A stretch of 64,000 bases of DNA from contig SVOT01000005.1 of assembly GCA_015066225.1 (NCBI GenBank), positions 4,498-68,497 of the forward strand, read 5' to 3'. Numbering within the stretch: position 1 is the first letter of the stretch; each line of letters opens with the position of its first letter. The position numbers were made by a program, and so were the translations under genes. Source of the stretch: Oscillospiraceae bacterium (GTDB taxonomy: Bacteria; Bacillota; Clostridia; Oscillospirales; Acutalibacteraceae). Below, piece after piece: positions 1 through 9,396 of the stretch. The notes under the pieces are model-generated. The model made no database searches and was not told the origin of the DNA. It worked only from the letters and a program-made list of their open reading frames with translations.

Positions 1-829
1 CGTATTTGACGCCCAAATCAACCATTTTATCAAGAAAATCGTCGCTTGTGACCTGGCTGACATTTTTACTGGTGTAGCAAACAGAGATACCGAAAAGAAT
101 TTTTTCTTTTTTGAGAAGCTCCATCGCCTCAACTGTTTTTTCGTACGCACCCTCACCACGGCGGTCATCGTTAACACATTCATCACCCTCAATAGAAAGT
201 GCAAGTGTTATGTTGCCGCATTTTTTAATGTCGTCACACAGCTTTTTATCTATAAGCGTTGCGTTTGTATAAATAAGAAATGTGCACTCGGGGTTTTCAG
301 AGGCAAGCGTTATTACATCGTCTTTTCTGATAAGGGGCTCACCGCCCGTCAGCATATAAAAGTGTGTACCAAGCTCCTTGCCCTGGGAAACAATTCTGCG
401 CATATCGTCAAGAGAAAGCTGGAAGCTGTGACCATACTCCGCCGCCCAACAGCCCTTACATTTCAGGTTACAGGCACTTGTGGGGTCAAAAAGAATGATA
501 AAAGGAATATTGCAATTATACTTGTCACGCTTTGCACGGACTGTTTTTGTGCCGAAATAGCCGGCGTGAATGCCGAGGGAAATAAGAAGACTTTTCACCA
601 AATCACGGTCAACATCCCACAGAATGTTTTTCGCAAGCTTGGTGTAAGCGTTATTCTCATCGCCAATTACGTTGCGCATTTTTTGGTAATTCTCTTTGGG
701 GTACATTGTGAAGTATTTTTCAGCAACCCGTAAAATTTTCAAAAGATTCTTTTCAGGTGCTTTGTCAACATACCTGAGAATTCTTGACAGCGCTTTATCT
801 GCCGCAAAATGAACCAGTCTGTGTTCCAA
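1..829 (-). CDS. radical SAM protein (N-terminal part; 3' end lies outside the window)
   Basis: My translation of the minus strand from TTG at 829 (GGAGG 8 nt upstream) reads LEHRLVHFAADKAL...FDPTSACNLKCKGCWAAEYG...MLTGGEPL, which contains a CxxxCxxC radical SAM motif. It is missing from the ORF track because it runs off the window edge. Confidence 0.75.
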   Translation of the reverse strand, partial: MEHRLVHFAADKALSRILRYVDKAPEKNLLKILRVAEKYFTMYPKENYQKMRNVIGDENNAYTKLAKNILWDVDRDLVKSLLISLGIHAGYFGTKTVRAKRDKYNCNIPFIILFDPTSACNLKCKGCWAAEYGHSFQLSLDDMRRIVSQGKELGTHFYMLTGGEPLIRKDDVITLASENPECTFLIYTNATLIDKKLCDDIKKCGNITLALSIEGDECVNDDRRGEGAYEKTVEAMELLKKEKILFGISVCYTSKNVSQVTSDDFLDKMVDLGVKY

Positions 830-963
830 TTGCAATACCTCCTTTCAAAAAAATATAACTGCATAATTGTATCACAAATGACATTATTTGTAAACCTTTG
901 AAAAATATATCGGCAAAAAAAATTATTGGTTTTATCCTTCTGTTTTATACATTCTCAAATTTC

Positions 964-992
964 TTGACACTCATCGTATTTATATCTATAAT
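964..992 (+). promoter_or_regulatory. sigma-70 type promoter, TTGACA-17 bp-TATAAT
   Basis: Perfect consensus hexamers at 964-969 and 987-992 with a 17-bp spacer, about 30 bp upstream of the ATG at 1021. Confidence 0.6.
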
Positions 993-1020
993 GGGTTTAT
1001 CAATATTTAGGAGTGTTTTT

Positions 1021-2406
1021 ATGAGCAAAAACAAAGTAAAAGCCCCGTCTGAAAGCAAGCTTCCGGGCAGAACCTGGTTTAACCTTTGTCTTTTCGGGCT
1101 TGTGGGTCAGATAGCATGGAACCTTGAGAATATGTACTACAACACCTTTATGTACAACACAGTTTACGAGGGTGGCACCGTTACGGGTACCCTTTCTTCT
1201 ATGACGGCCATCCGTCTTATGGTTGCACTCAGCGCAATCACCGCAGTTGTTACCACCTTTATTATGGGTAACCTTTCCGACAAAATGAACAAGCGTAAGG
1301 TTTTCATCTCTGTCGGTTACCTTATCTGGGGTGTTATTACCGCTGCTTTCGGTTTTCTCACAAAAGAGAACATCGGCGGTCTTTTAGGCCTCAGCGACAC
1401 AGCGCAAATTGTCACAGCAACCGCAATTTCAATTATTGCTATGGACTGCATTATGACCTTTGTGGGCTCAACAAGCAACGACTCTGCATTTAACGCATGG
1501 GTAACGGATATCACCACCACCAAAAACCGCGCAACTGCAGAAAGCGTTCTTTCAATTCTTCCCATTGTCGCAACTGTAGTAGTTGTTATTCTCGGCGGTA
1601 TGATTGAGCCCCTCGGCGGTTATTCTAACTTCTTCTTTATACTTGGCGGTTTTGTTATTCTTTGCGGCGTTATTGGTCTTTTCACTCTTAAAGATTCAAG
1701 AAACGGCGAAAGAAACCCCAATGCAAGCTATTGGAAAGACCTTGTTTACGGCTTCAAGCCCTCTGTTATAAAAGAAAACAGCAAGCTTTACATTGCACTT
1801 GCGGCAGTCGGAATTTATTCTGTTGCCGTGCAGATTTTCTTCCCCTATCTTCTTATTTATCTCGGCAAGCTCGGCCTCAAGGTTGAAGACCTTGGTCAGT
1901 ATCTTACAACACCCGTTCTTATTGCCGCACCCTTCATTCTTGTTGGTGCAGGTGCACTCATAATCGGTGCAGGTAAATTAATTGACAAAATCGGTAAAAA
2001 GAACTTCGTTTTAATTGCTACTGTTCTTTTCGTTGCCGGCCTTATTATCGCAGGCTTTGCAGACACTCTCGGCTTGTTCGGCATTGCTGCAGTTCCTCTT
2101 CTTACCGGCTATGCGCTTCTTGGTATTATGCTCAACTCTACCGTGCGCGACTACACGCCCGATGACAAGGTTGGTCTTTTCCAGGGTATCAGAATGATTT
2201 TCTTTGTTCTTATTCCCATGGTTGTGGGTCCTGCCATCGGCGATGCTGTTTGTAAAGCAGCCGCTTCCGGCACATATTTTGAAAACGGTATGGAAAAATA
2301 CGAGCCTTGTGCAGAAATGTTCCTTGCAGCGGGTGCAGTTGCTGTATTTATGCTCATTCCCCTCATCATTCTTCGTAAAAAAGGAATTGACAAAAAAGAG
2401 GATTAA
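1021..2406 (+). CDS. MFS-type glycoside transporter
   Basis: Multi-TM ORF. I prefer ATG 1021 (TAGGAG RBS 7 nt upstream) over the track's TTG 898, because the consensus promoter lies inside the 898 extension. The stop is 2 nt before the DUF4091 gene. Confidence 0.75.
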   Translation: MSKNKVKAPSESKLPGRTWFNLCLFGLVGQIAWNLENMYYNTFMYNTVYEGGTVTGTLSSMTAIRLMVALSAITAVVTTFIMGNLSDKMNKRKVFISVGYLIWGVITAAFGFLTKENIGGLLGLSDTAQIVTATAISIIAMDCIMTFVGSTSNDSAFNAWVTDITTTKNRATAESVLSILPIVATVVVVILGGMIEPLGGYSNFFFILGGFVILCGVIGLFTLKDSRNGERNPNASYWKDLVYGFKPSVIKENSKLYIALAAVGIYSVAVQIFFPYLLIYLGKLGLKVEDLGQYLTTPVLIAAPFILVGAGALIIGAGKLIDKIGKKNFVLIATVLFVAGLIIAGFADTLGLFGIAAVPLLTGYALLGIMLNSTVRDYTPDDKVGLFQGIRMIFFVLIPMVVGPAIGDAVCKAAASGTYFENGMEKYEPCAEMFLAAGAVAVFMLIPLIILRKKGIDKKED

Positions 2407-2408
2407 TT

Positions 2409-4034
2409 ATGAAAACGTTATTACTTTCTTCGCTTACTAAAGTTTTTAAAGAAAAAGAGCCCAACTTTAACGAATTGTGTTCCTTTTCGTGTTTGAAAAA
2501 CGAAAAATTCTCTTTTCAGCTCGGCTTTATGGCTGAAAACAAAGATGAAACAAAGCTTTCTGTTTCGGTGAGTTCACCGTTAAAGGAGGATTTGAAGCTT
2601 TATCTTGTTAAAGATATCCCCGCAGGGAAAAACGGATACGATAATTCCGATTCCTTCCACTATGACCTTTCAAGAAAATCGTTCCCCGATTTACTCCAGC
2701 CGATTGACGGTGAAATAGTCGTAAAAAAAGGCGATTGGAACTCAATCTGGGTAGAGTATTCGCCCACAAAAGGTGCAACGGGTAAAAAGAAAATCACGTT
2801 GAAGCTCAATGCGGGTGAAGAGGCTTTTGAGAGAGCTTTTACGCTTAATATAATTGACAAAGAGCTTCCCAAGCAGGATATTCTTTTTACAAACTGGTTC
2901 CATAACGATTGCCTTTGCACATACTACAACGTTGAGGTTTTCTCTGATAAATACTGGGAAATAGTGGAGAATTACATAAGAAATGCCGCAGAACACGGCG
3001 TTAATATGCTTCTCACACCTGTTTTTACCCCTCCCCTTGACACGGCAGTTGGCGGTGAACGCCCCACAGTTCAGCTTGTGAAGGTCACAAAAGAAAACAA
3101 TAAATATTCTTTTGATTTCGAAAATTTCAGAAAATACGTTAAGCTTTGCCTTGATTGCGGTATTGAAGCCTTTGAAATATCCCATTTCTTCACACAGTGG
3201 GGCGCAAAGCACGCACCAAAAATCATCGCCACCGTAAACGGCAAGGAGAAGCAGATTTTCGGTTGGAACACCGCCGCCGGCGGCAAGCCCTACACTGAAT
3301 TTCTTGAAGCATTCTCAAAAGCATTCACAAAAGAGGTGAAATCTCTCGGCATCAAAAACCGTTGTTGGTTACACGTTTCGGATGAACCAAACCAAGAACA
3401 ATTCAAAGACTACAAAAAGGCTGCAGACACCCTCCACAGGCTATTCCCCGGATTTAACACCTTTGACGCCCTTTCGGATATCGAGTATTACAGAAAGGGA
3501 CTCATTAAAACCCCCGTTTGCACCGAGGGTGAGGCTGACCTGTTCAAGGGCGAGGTCAAAAATTTCTGGACCTATTATTGCTGCTGTCAGGTTGACAACT
3601 TCTTACCAAACAGAATGTTCTCCCAGCCATCACAGCGAAACAGAGTTCTGGGCATTCTTCTCTATAAATACGAGGCAAAGGGCTTCTTACAATGGGGTCA
3701 CAATTTCTGGTATTCACAATATTCAAAATACCCCATCGACCCGTATAAGGTAACGGATGCCGGCAACGCCTTCCCCTCCGGTGATGCATTTGTTGTTTAC
3801 CCCGGCAAGGACGGCAAGCCCCTGAATTCTCTCAGACACCTTGTTTTCAACGAAGCATTCCAGGATTTGAGAGCTTTGAAGCTTCTTGAAACACTCACCT
3901 CAAGAAAACACGTAATGAGCATTCTTGAGTTCGGGCTTGATACCCCGCTTTCATTCAGCACTTATCCGCATGAGCAGCAGTGGCTGTTGGAGCTCAGAGA
4001 AAGAATAAACAAGGAAATAGCACTCAACATATAA
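2409..4034 (+). CDS. DUF4091 domain protein (GH123-like putative glycoside hydrolase)
   Basis: 541 aa. The segment WFHNDCL..YWEIVENYIRNAAEHGVNMLLTPVFTPPLDTAVGGERPTVQLV matches my recollection of the DUF4091 family. It forms an operon with the MFS transporter. Confidence 0.55.
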   Translation: MKTLLLSSLTKVFKEKEPNFNELCSFSCLKNEKFSFQLGFMAENKDETKLSVSVSSPLKEDLKLYLVKDIPAGKNGYDNSDSFHYDLSRKSFPDLLQPIDGEIVVKKGDWNSIWVEYSPTKGATGKKKITLKLNAGEEAFERAFTLNIIDKELPKQDILFTNWFHNDCLCTYYNVEVFSDKYWEIVENYIRNAAEHGVNMLLTPVFTPPLDTAVGGERPTVQLVKVTKENNKYSFDFENFRKYVKLCLDCGIEAFEISHFFTQWGAKHAPKIIATVNGKEKQIFGWNTAAGGKPYTEFLEAFSKAFTKEVKSLGIKNRCWLHVSDEPNQEQFKDYKKAADTLHRLFPGFNTFDALSDIEYYRKGLIKTPVCTEGEADLFKGEVKNFWTYYCCCQVDNFLPNRMFSQPSQRNRVLGILLYKYEAKGFLQWGHNFWYSQYSKYPIDPYKVTDAGNAFPSGDAFVVYPGKDGKPLNSLRHLVFNEAFQDLRALKLLETLTSRKHVMSILEFGLDTPLSFSTYPHEQQWLLELRERINKEIALNI

Positions 4035-4037
4035 AAT

Positions 4038-4074
4038 CAGCCATCGTCGGAATACCGACGATGGCTGTTTTTTA
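4038..4074 (+). terminator. rho-independent terminator (bidirectional, between convergent genes)
   Basis: Hairpin CAGCCATCGTCGG-aatac-CGACGATGGCTG followed by TTTTTT. Confidence 0.7.
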
Positions 4075-4941
4075 TTTTGCTGCAGCAGCTTTCTTTTCTG
4101 CTTTTCTTTTTTTGTTTTTATAGGTATTGAGCTCTTTAACGCATTCATCGGGCAAATCGCAATCGCCGATTGAAACAACGTTTTTATTGTAGAGACCCTT
4201 GAAGTTTGAACCGCCTGTAGTGAGAATTTTGTTTTTCTTTGCGAATTTTATGTATTCCGCCTTTTTATCCTCGGGCATATCAGGTGTGTAAACCTCAATA
4301 CCGTCAAGCCCTGCGGCTACAAGAGCATCAACAAGCTTTTCATTTTTGACCTCGTTAGGCTTTATAAGAACAGCTATGCCACCTGCATCGTGAATTTCCT
4401 GAAGAACGTTGAAAATATCTTCGTATTCAACGGGGCTGAGCACGTTACCCTCGTTTTCAGGGCTAAAGAGCTCGTCCCAAAGGTCGCCGTGTATTTTATC
4501 TGTGAAGCCATTTTCCATCAACGCCTGCATAATGTGAACGTCGAAAACATTTGTAGAGCCTGCGGCACACTTTGTTTCAACAAACTCGGGAGTCACAGCG
4601 AATTTTCTCGCAGCCTTGAGCACCATTTTTTTAGCGGCAAGCTTTCTTGTTATTGAATTGCGGCGGCAAAGGCCCTCAAGCCTGTCGGGAAAATCGGGCT
4701 TGTAGCAAATGAGGTGAACTTCCTGACCGTTTTCTTTATCGGTTGCAGAAATTTCAACACCCGCAATAACATTAACGCCAAATCTTTCACCGATAACCTT
4801 GCCCCTTACAGTACCTGCAAGGCAATCATGGTCGGTGATTGCGATAGTTTCCACGCCACGTTTTTTGGCAAGTGTAATTAAATCTTCTATGCCGAGAGAG
4901 CCGTTTGATAATCTTGTGTGGCAATGTAAATCCGCTGACAA
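4072..4941 (-). CDS. PHP domain phosphoesterase
   Basis: N-terminus DLHCHTRLSNGSLGIEDLITLAKKRGVETIAITDHD is a typical PHP metal-binding signature. Confidence 0.75.
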   Translation of the reverse strand: MSADLHCHTRLSNGSLGIEDLITLAKKRGVETIAITDHDCLAGTVRGKVIGERFGVNVIAGVEISATDKENGQEVHLICYKPDFPDRLEGLCRRNSITRKLAAKKMVLKAARKFAVTPEFVETKCAAGSTNVFDVHIMQALMENGFTDKIHGDLWDELFSPENEGNVLSPVEYEDIFNVLQEIHDAGGIAVLIKPNEVKNEKLVDALVAAGLDGIEVYTPDMPEDKKAEYIKFAKKNKILTTGGSNFKGLYNKNVVSIGDCDLPDECVKELNTYKNKKRKAEKKAAAAK

Positions 4942-5216
4942 AATAATTCATCCTTCCTGTTCTCTTTATTAATCCCATACCCCATATCCGGTTTTTCAGG
5001 CGTGCTCTGAAAAGTTCGCAGAAACACAAAAAACAGTTTCTTTTAAAAAAATGCAAACATACCCCGAATATATTAATACTTGTATTTTACATTATTTTAC
5101 ACAAAAAAGCAAGTAAAAATTTTACACATACCCCATATTTTTTTGAAAAATTGTAACAACTCTTTGATTTTTTATACCTACTGTGTTATCATAATTCAGG
5201 TATATTATTTTTTAAG

Positions 5217-6257
5217 GTGATTACTATAAAAAACATCTACGTTGCCTTGAGCGGAGGCGTTGATTCCGCTGTTGCGGCAATTCTTCTTAAAGAGCAGGGC
5301 TACAACGTTATCGGCGTTACCCTGAGGCTGAAGCCCGGTAACCTTGCAGACGGCGATATTGCTGATGCAAAGGCTGTTGCAGACAAGCTTGGTATCCCCC
5401 TTGAAATTGTGGATTTACGCAACGAATTCAAAGCTGTTACCGACTATTTTTGTCGCGAATATCTTGAGGGAAAAACCCCTAACCCCTGTGTGCTTTGCAA
5501 CCCCACCGTAAAGCTGGGGAAATTGGTTGAGCACGCTTTAAAAAACGGGGTCGACTGTGTAGCAACAGGGCACTATGCCGAAATCATCAAAGACTCCGAA
5601 GGTAAATTTTTAATAAAAAGAAACCCCTCGGGCAAAGACCAGAGCTATTTTTTGTGCCGTCTTAACCAACACATTCTCTCACACGTAATTTTCCCCATAG
5701 CAGAGCTGACGAAGCCCGAAATCCGCGAGATTGCCGAAAGGCACGGCATCCCTGTGGCACAGAAGAAGGATTCGCAGGAGGTTTGCTTCATCCCTGATAA
5801 TGACTATATTTCATTTATAGAGCGTGAATTCTCACCCGAAGCAATTCCCGGTGACTTTGTTTCTTCAAGCGGTGAAAAGCTTGGCACACACGCAGGAATT
5901 TACAAATACACCATAGGTCAGCGAAAGGGTCTCGGTGCATTCGGTAAGCCTATGTACGTTCTTGGTATAGATGCCAAAAACAACAAGGTCATAATCGGCG
6001 ACAACGAGGAGCTTTTTAAAACAGAAATAAGCGTTGAAAATCTGAATTTTCTCAGCAAAAAGCCCACAGAAGACCGCTTGAGGTGCTCAATTAAAATCCG
6101 TTGCGCCGCAAAGCCGGCAGATGCGGTTATCGAAATTTCACACAACAGCGCAAAAATCACCTTTGACTCACCTCAGCGAGCCGCCGCACCCGGTCAGACA
6201 GCGGCAATTTACATTGACGATATATTAATCGGAGGAGGCACTATATGCAATCCCTGA
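5217..6257 (+). CDS. mnmA: tRNA 2-thiouridine(34) synthase MnmA
   Basis: PP-loop ALSGGVDSAVAA, cysteine motif NPCVLCN, 346 aa. The GTG start overlaps an AAGGTGA sequence, so the exact start is uncertain. Confidence 0.85.
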   Translation: MITIKNIYVALSGGVDSAVAAILLKEQGYNVIGVTLRLKPGNLADGDIADAKAVADKLGIPLEIVDLRNEFKAVTDYFCREYLEGKTPNPCVLCNPTVKLGKLVEHALKNGVDCVATGHYAEIIKDSEGKFLIKRNPSGKDQSYFLCRLNQHILSHVIFPIAELTKPEIREIAERHGIPVAQKKDSQEVCFIPDNDYISFIEREFSPEAIPGDFVSSSGEKLGTHAGIYKYTIGQRKGLGAFGKPMYVLGIDAKNNKVIIGDNEELFKTEISVENLNFLSKKPTEDRLRCSIKIRCAAKPADAVIEISHNSAKITFDSPQRAAAPGQTAAIYIDDILIGGGTICNP

Positions 6258-7450
6258 AAAAACTCTATAAAATCGGCAAGGGTCCCTCAAGCTCCCATAC
6301 AATGGGCCCCCAGTATGCCGCTGAATACATCAACGAGCAATTCCCCGATGCCGCATTTGTAAAGGTTATTCTTTACGGATCACTTGCTTTAACGGGCGAG
6401 GGTCACGGCACAGACAAGGTGCTCAAGGACACCCTGATAAAGCCCAACGAGATTATTCTCAACACAACCGAAACTGACCTGCCCCACCCCAACACCCTTG
6501 ATTTTATAATCTGCGACGAAAATAAAGCAGAAATAAAAACCGTAAGAGCGATGAGCATTGGTGGTGGCGAAATACGAATCGAGGGCGTACCCGCAATAAT
6601 AGCCCCCGAAATTTATCCTCAGAAAAACTTTGAAGAGGTAAAAGAATATTGCCTTATGCACCATCTCAGGCTCAGCGACTATGTTGCCCAGTATGAGGGT
6701 CAGGAAATTTTCCTTTTCCTTAAATCAATCTGGGAGCAAATGAAAGCAACCGTAAGAGAGGGGCTTGCCGTTGAAGGCATTTTGCCCGGCGGTCTCGAGG
6801 TTGAAAGAAAGGCAAAATTTCTCTATGCACAGCGCCATATGGACGAAACCCCCGAAACCAGAGAAAACAGGCTTGTGTGCGCCTACGCTTTCGCCGCAAG
6901 CGAGCAGAATGCAGGCGGCGGTATGATAACAACAGCCCCCACCTGTGGCGCATCAGGTGTTTTGCCCGCAGTTCTCTTTTATATGCAGGAGAAAAAGGGC
7001 TTCACCGATTTTGAAATTGCAAAGGCTCTTGCCGTTGCGGGAATCATCGGCAGCATAGTTAAGCAAAACGCCTCAATCAGCGGTGCAGAAGCAGGCTGTC
7101 AGGCAGAAATCGGCACAGCCTGTTCGATGGCTGCCGCCGCACTTGCAGAGCTCCACTTTATGGACCTTGACCAGATAGAGTACGCCGCAGAAAATGCAAT
7201 GGAGCATTATCTCGGCCTTACCTGTGACCCCGTTTGCGGTCTTGTGCAGATTCCCTGTATTGAGAGAAACGCCGTTGCGGCGATGAGGGCAATCAACTCC
7301 CTTTCTCTTGCAAACTTCCTCACCTCAACAAGAAAGGTTAAATTTGACACGGTGGTTGAAACGATGTACCAGACAGGCAAAGACCTGAAGCATAACTACC
7401 GTGAAACAAGCGAGGGCGGTCTTGCCGCCAACTACGAAGCATTGGATTAA
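6245..7450 (+). CDS. sdaA: L-serine ammonia-lyase, iron-sulfur dependent, single chain
   Basis: Contains the GKGPSSSHTMGP signature and the C-terminal alpha-domain cysteines (TAPTCGASG...). Overlaps the mnmA stop by 13 nt. Confidence 0.8.
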   Translation: MQSLKKLYKIGKGPSSSHTMGPQYAAEYINEQFPDAAFVKVILYGSLALTGEGHGTDKVLKDTLIKPNEIILNTTETDLPHPNTLDFIICDENKAEIKTVRAMSIGGGEIRIEGVPAIIAPEIYPQKNFEEVKEYCLMHHLRLSDYVAQYEGQEIFLFLKSIWEQMKATVREGLAVEGILPGGLEVERKAKFLYAQRHMDETPETRENRLVCAYAFAASEQNAGGGMITTAPTCGASGVLPAVLFYMQEKKGFTDFEIAKALAVAGIIGSIVKQNASISGAEAGCQAEIGTACSMAAAALAELHFMDLDQIEYAAENAMEHYLGLTCDPVCGLVQIPCIERNAVAAMRAINSLSLANFLTSTRKVKFDTVVETMYQTGKDLKHNYRETSEGGLAANYEALD

Positions 7451-7460
7451 GGAGGTAGCT

Positions 7461-8894
7461 ATGGCTAACGAAGTAATCGAGAAAAAAGAGCATCCAAACA
7501 AAATCGGTGTGCGTGAGGGCATCGGCTATATGCTGGGCGACGGCGGCAACCTTTTTGTGCTCACTTACGTTTCATCTTATCTAAAGGTTTTTTACACCGA
7601 CATTTTAAAAATCCCCACAACACAGGTTGCGAACCTGTTTCTTTTCACCCGCTTGTGGGATGCGATAAACGACCCTATGTGGGGTGCGATTGTTGCTAAA
7701 AAACGCCCCAATAAAGATGGTAAATACCGACCCTATCTCAAATGGCTGGCAATTCCCCTTGCCATTACCCAGATACTTTGCTTTATAAATGTAACGGAAT
7801 ACACACAAAATCCCGTTCTGATTCTTATTTTTGCATACATTACATATATCGCATTCGGTATGCTTTACACGGGGATGAACGTGCCCTTCGGCTCCCTTGC
7901 ATCGGTTATCACCGATGACCCCGACGGCAGAACACTTCTTTCCACCTTCCGCACAATCGGCAGCGGTGTTGGCGGTGCCGCACCTGCACTTCTTGCGCCA
8001 TTCCTCATTTATGCCACAAAAACTGCGGCAGACGGCAGCAAATATAACGTTGCAGATGCAAGCGGTATGTTCAACTTCGCTCTTGTAATGGGCGGCCTCG
8101 CAATCGTATTTTATTACGCCTGCTACGGCATGACAAAGGAGCGGGTTCCCTCAGAGGCTGAGCCAAAGGTAGATATGAAGAAAATCTATGGCGGAATGTT
8201 TAAAAGCAAGCCCTTTGTTGTGCTTGCTCTGACAGGCATTCTCATCAGCGGTCAGCTTCAGTTCAACTCTCTCAACCAATATCTTTACAAAAACTATTTC
8301 TGTGACACCTCGCTTTCTGTTATGGGAACAATCGCACAGTATGCCCCCCTTGTTCTTATGCTACCATTCTCCGGAAAGCTTGTTAAAAAGTTCGGCAAAA
8401 AAGAAATCTGCGGCGTAACTTCGTTTGTTGCGGCGGCGGCAGCGGTTGCCACATTCTTTATAAAGCCCGCTCCCGACCAGGCATGGCTTTTCCTTGTGCT
8501 TCAGTTCATTATCGGCTTTGGCTATTCTTTCGTTTCAATCACAAACTGGGCTATTGTTGCCGACGTTATCGACTACCAGTTCTATAAAACCGGCTTCAGA
8601 AACGAAAGTGCGGTTTATGCCGTTTACACATTCTGCAGAAAGCTTGGCCAGACTGCCGCAGACTACGGCGGACTTATTCTTCTCGGTAAAATCGGCTACG
8701 ATGCAGCAACTATGGCAGATGCAGGCTTCGTGCCCGGCATAAGTGAGGGCATCCTCACGGTTTGCACCCTGATCCCCGCAATCACATACACACTCGTTTT
8801 CATTCTCTACAAATTCTTCTATCCCCTCACAAAGGAGAAGCTGGAGCCCGTTTACGAATACGTGAGAGAATCAAACACAGTTGCAGAAAACTAA
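7461..8894 (+). CDS. GPH/MFS family glycoside-pentoside-hexuronide transporter
   Basis: ATG 7461 with AAGGAGG RBS. Twelve-TM-like profile with the LFLFTRLWDAINDPMWG motif typical of GPH symporters. Confidence 0.75.
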   Translation: MANEVIEKKEHPNKIGVREGIGYMLGDGGNLFVLTYVSSYLKVFYTDILKIPTTQVANLFLFTRLWDAINDPMWGAIVAKKRPNKDGKYRPYLKWLAIPLAITQILCFINVTEYTQNPVLILIFAYITYIAFGMLYTGMNVPFGSLASVITDDPDGRTLLSTFRTIGSGVGGAAPALLAPFLIYATKTAADGSKYNVADASGMFNFALVMGGLAIVFYYACYGMTKERVPSEAEPKVDMKKIYGGMFKSKPFVVLALTGILISGQLQFNSLNQYLYKNYFCDTSLSVMGTIAQYAPLVLMLPFSGKLVKKFGKKEICGVTSFVAAAAAVATFFIKPAPDQAWLFLVLQFIIGFGYSFVSITNWAIVADVIDYQFYKTGFRNESAVYAVYTFCRKLGQTAADYGGLILLGKIGYDAATMADAGFVPGISEGILTVCTLIPAITYTLVFILYKFFYPLTKEKLEPVYEYVRESNTVAEN

Positions 8895-8902
8895 ATTCAA
8901 AA

Positions 8903-8932
8903 AGCAGACAGTTTCGACTGTCTGCTTTTTTT
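8903..8932 (+). terminator. rho-independent terminator
   Basis: Hairpin AGCAGACAG-tttcga-CTGTCTGCT followed by TTTTTT. Confidence 0.75.
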
Positions 8933-8984
8933 AGTTGGAAGTTGCAGGTGGCTGGTGGCAAGTTTCGGGGCGCAAGCGCCGATT
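8933..8984 (+). repeat. terminal repeat (TR), copy at one end of element E1
   Basis: Sequence AGTTGGAAG TTGCAGG TGGCTGG TGGCAAG TTTCGGG GCGCAAGCGCC GATT: a heptamer array plus a GC hairpin. The same architecture occurs at five other loci. Confidence 0.8.
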
Positions 8985-9002
8985 TTATTAATATGTAAAA
9001 TT

Positions 9003-9174
9003 GTTGCGAAGCCTATCATCCCTGTGCACGCAAGTGCATAGGGAGGGGGACCGCGCCTAAGTGTAACGAAGGCGGGGTGGTGGGTCGCCACCTTATTGTT
9101 TTCCTTCGCAGATGAAACGGAAAATCTCACCTCTCATTTACCTCCCTTCGAAGAGAGGTAAAACACCACCAAAA
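9003..9174 (-). ncRNA. candidate structured RNA module, long form (E1 copy)
   Basis: The reverse complement aligns end to end with 42738-42903: TTTTGGTGGTG, hairpin TACCTCTCTTCGAAGGGAGGTA, hairpin TTTTCC..GGAAAA, then the shared core with covarying hairpins. No family name is known to me. Confidence 0.5.
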
Positions 9175-9185
9175 CAAATTATTAC

Positions 9186-9288
9186 AATCGGCACGTAGTG
9201 CCCCGAAACTGGAGGCTGGCGACCGGTGGCTGGTAGCTAAACACCTTGCGCCCCGAAACTTGCCACCTGCCACTCTCAACTTGCAACT
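9186..9288 (-). repeat. two tandem TR copies (inverted relative to 8933-8984)
   Basis: 9238-9288 reverse-complements to AGTTGCAAG TTGAGAG TGGCAGG TGGCAAG TTTCGGGGCGCAAGG. 9186-9237 reverse-complements to CTACCAG CCACCGG TCGCCAG CCTCCAG TTTCGGG GCACTACGTGCC GATT, a variant heptamer set with a compensated hairpin. Confidence 0.75.
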
Positions 9289-9396
9289 AAAAAAGCGGCT
9301 TGGATTTAACCAAACCGCCTTTGTAATATTAAATTGAGTTAATCCGGGTCAATCACAGAACCGTCCTCTGTCTTACTCCCCTGTCTTATCCCTACC

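Noticed and set aside
362-733. 123-aa plus-strand ORF
   Set aside because: It lies entirely antisense to the radical SAM gene, whose translation shows clear family motifs. It has no RBS, so it is a shadow ORF.
898-1020. TTG-initiated N-terminal extension of the MFS transporter (track start 898)
   Set aside because: A consensus promoter (964-992) and a good RBS for ATG 1021 lie inside it, so the extension is most likely not translated.
5057-5137. Direct repeats ACATACCCC(G)AATAT / ACATACCCCATAT and TTTTACA x3 upstream of mnmA
   Set aside because: They are short and sit in an AT-rich promoter region. They could be a regulator site, but two short copies give insufficient support.
8897-9130. 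ORFs running through the repeat elements (8897-9130 minus strand, 10828-11112, 42651-42959 minus strand, 42867-43079, 58295 extension, 61509-61790)
   Set aside because: Their similarity to each other only reflects the repeated DNA. The copies differ by compensatory stem changes and indels rather than synonymous changes, and they lack RBSs.
8933-9288. Possibility that the TR copies are CRISPR repeats
   Set aside because: The copies occur singly or as inverted pairs at scattered loci, not as a direct-repeat/unique-spacer array. No cas genes are present in the window.
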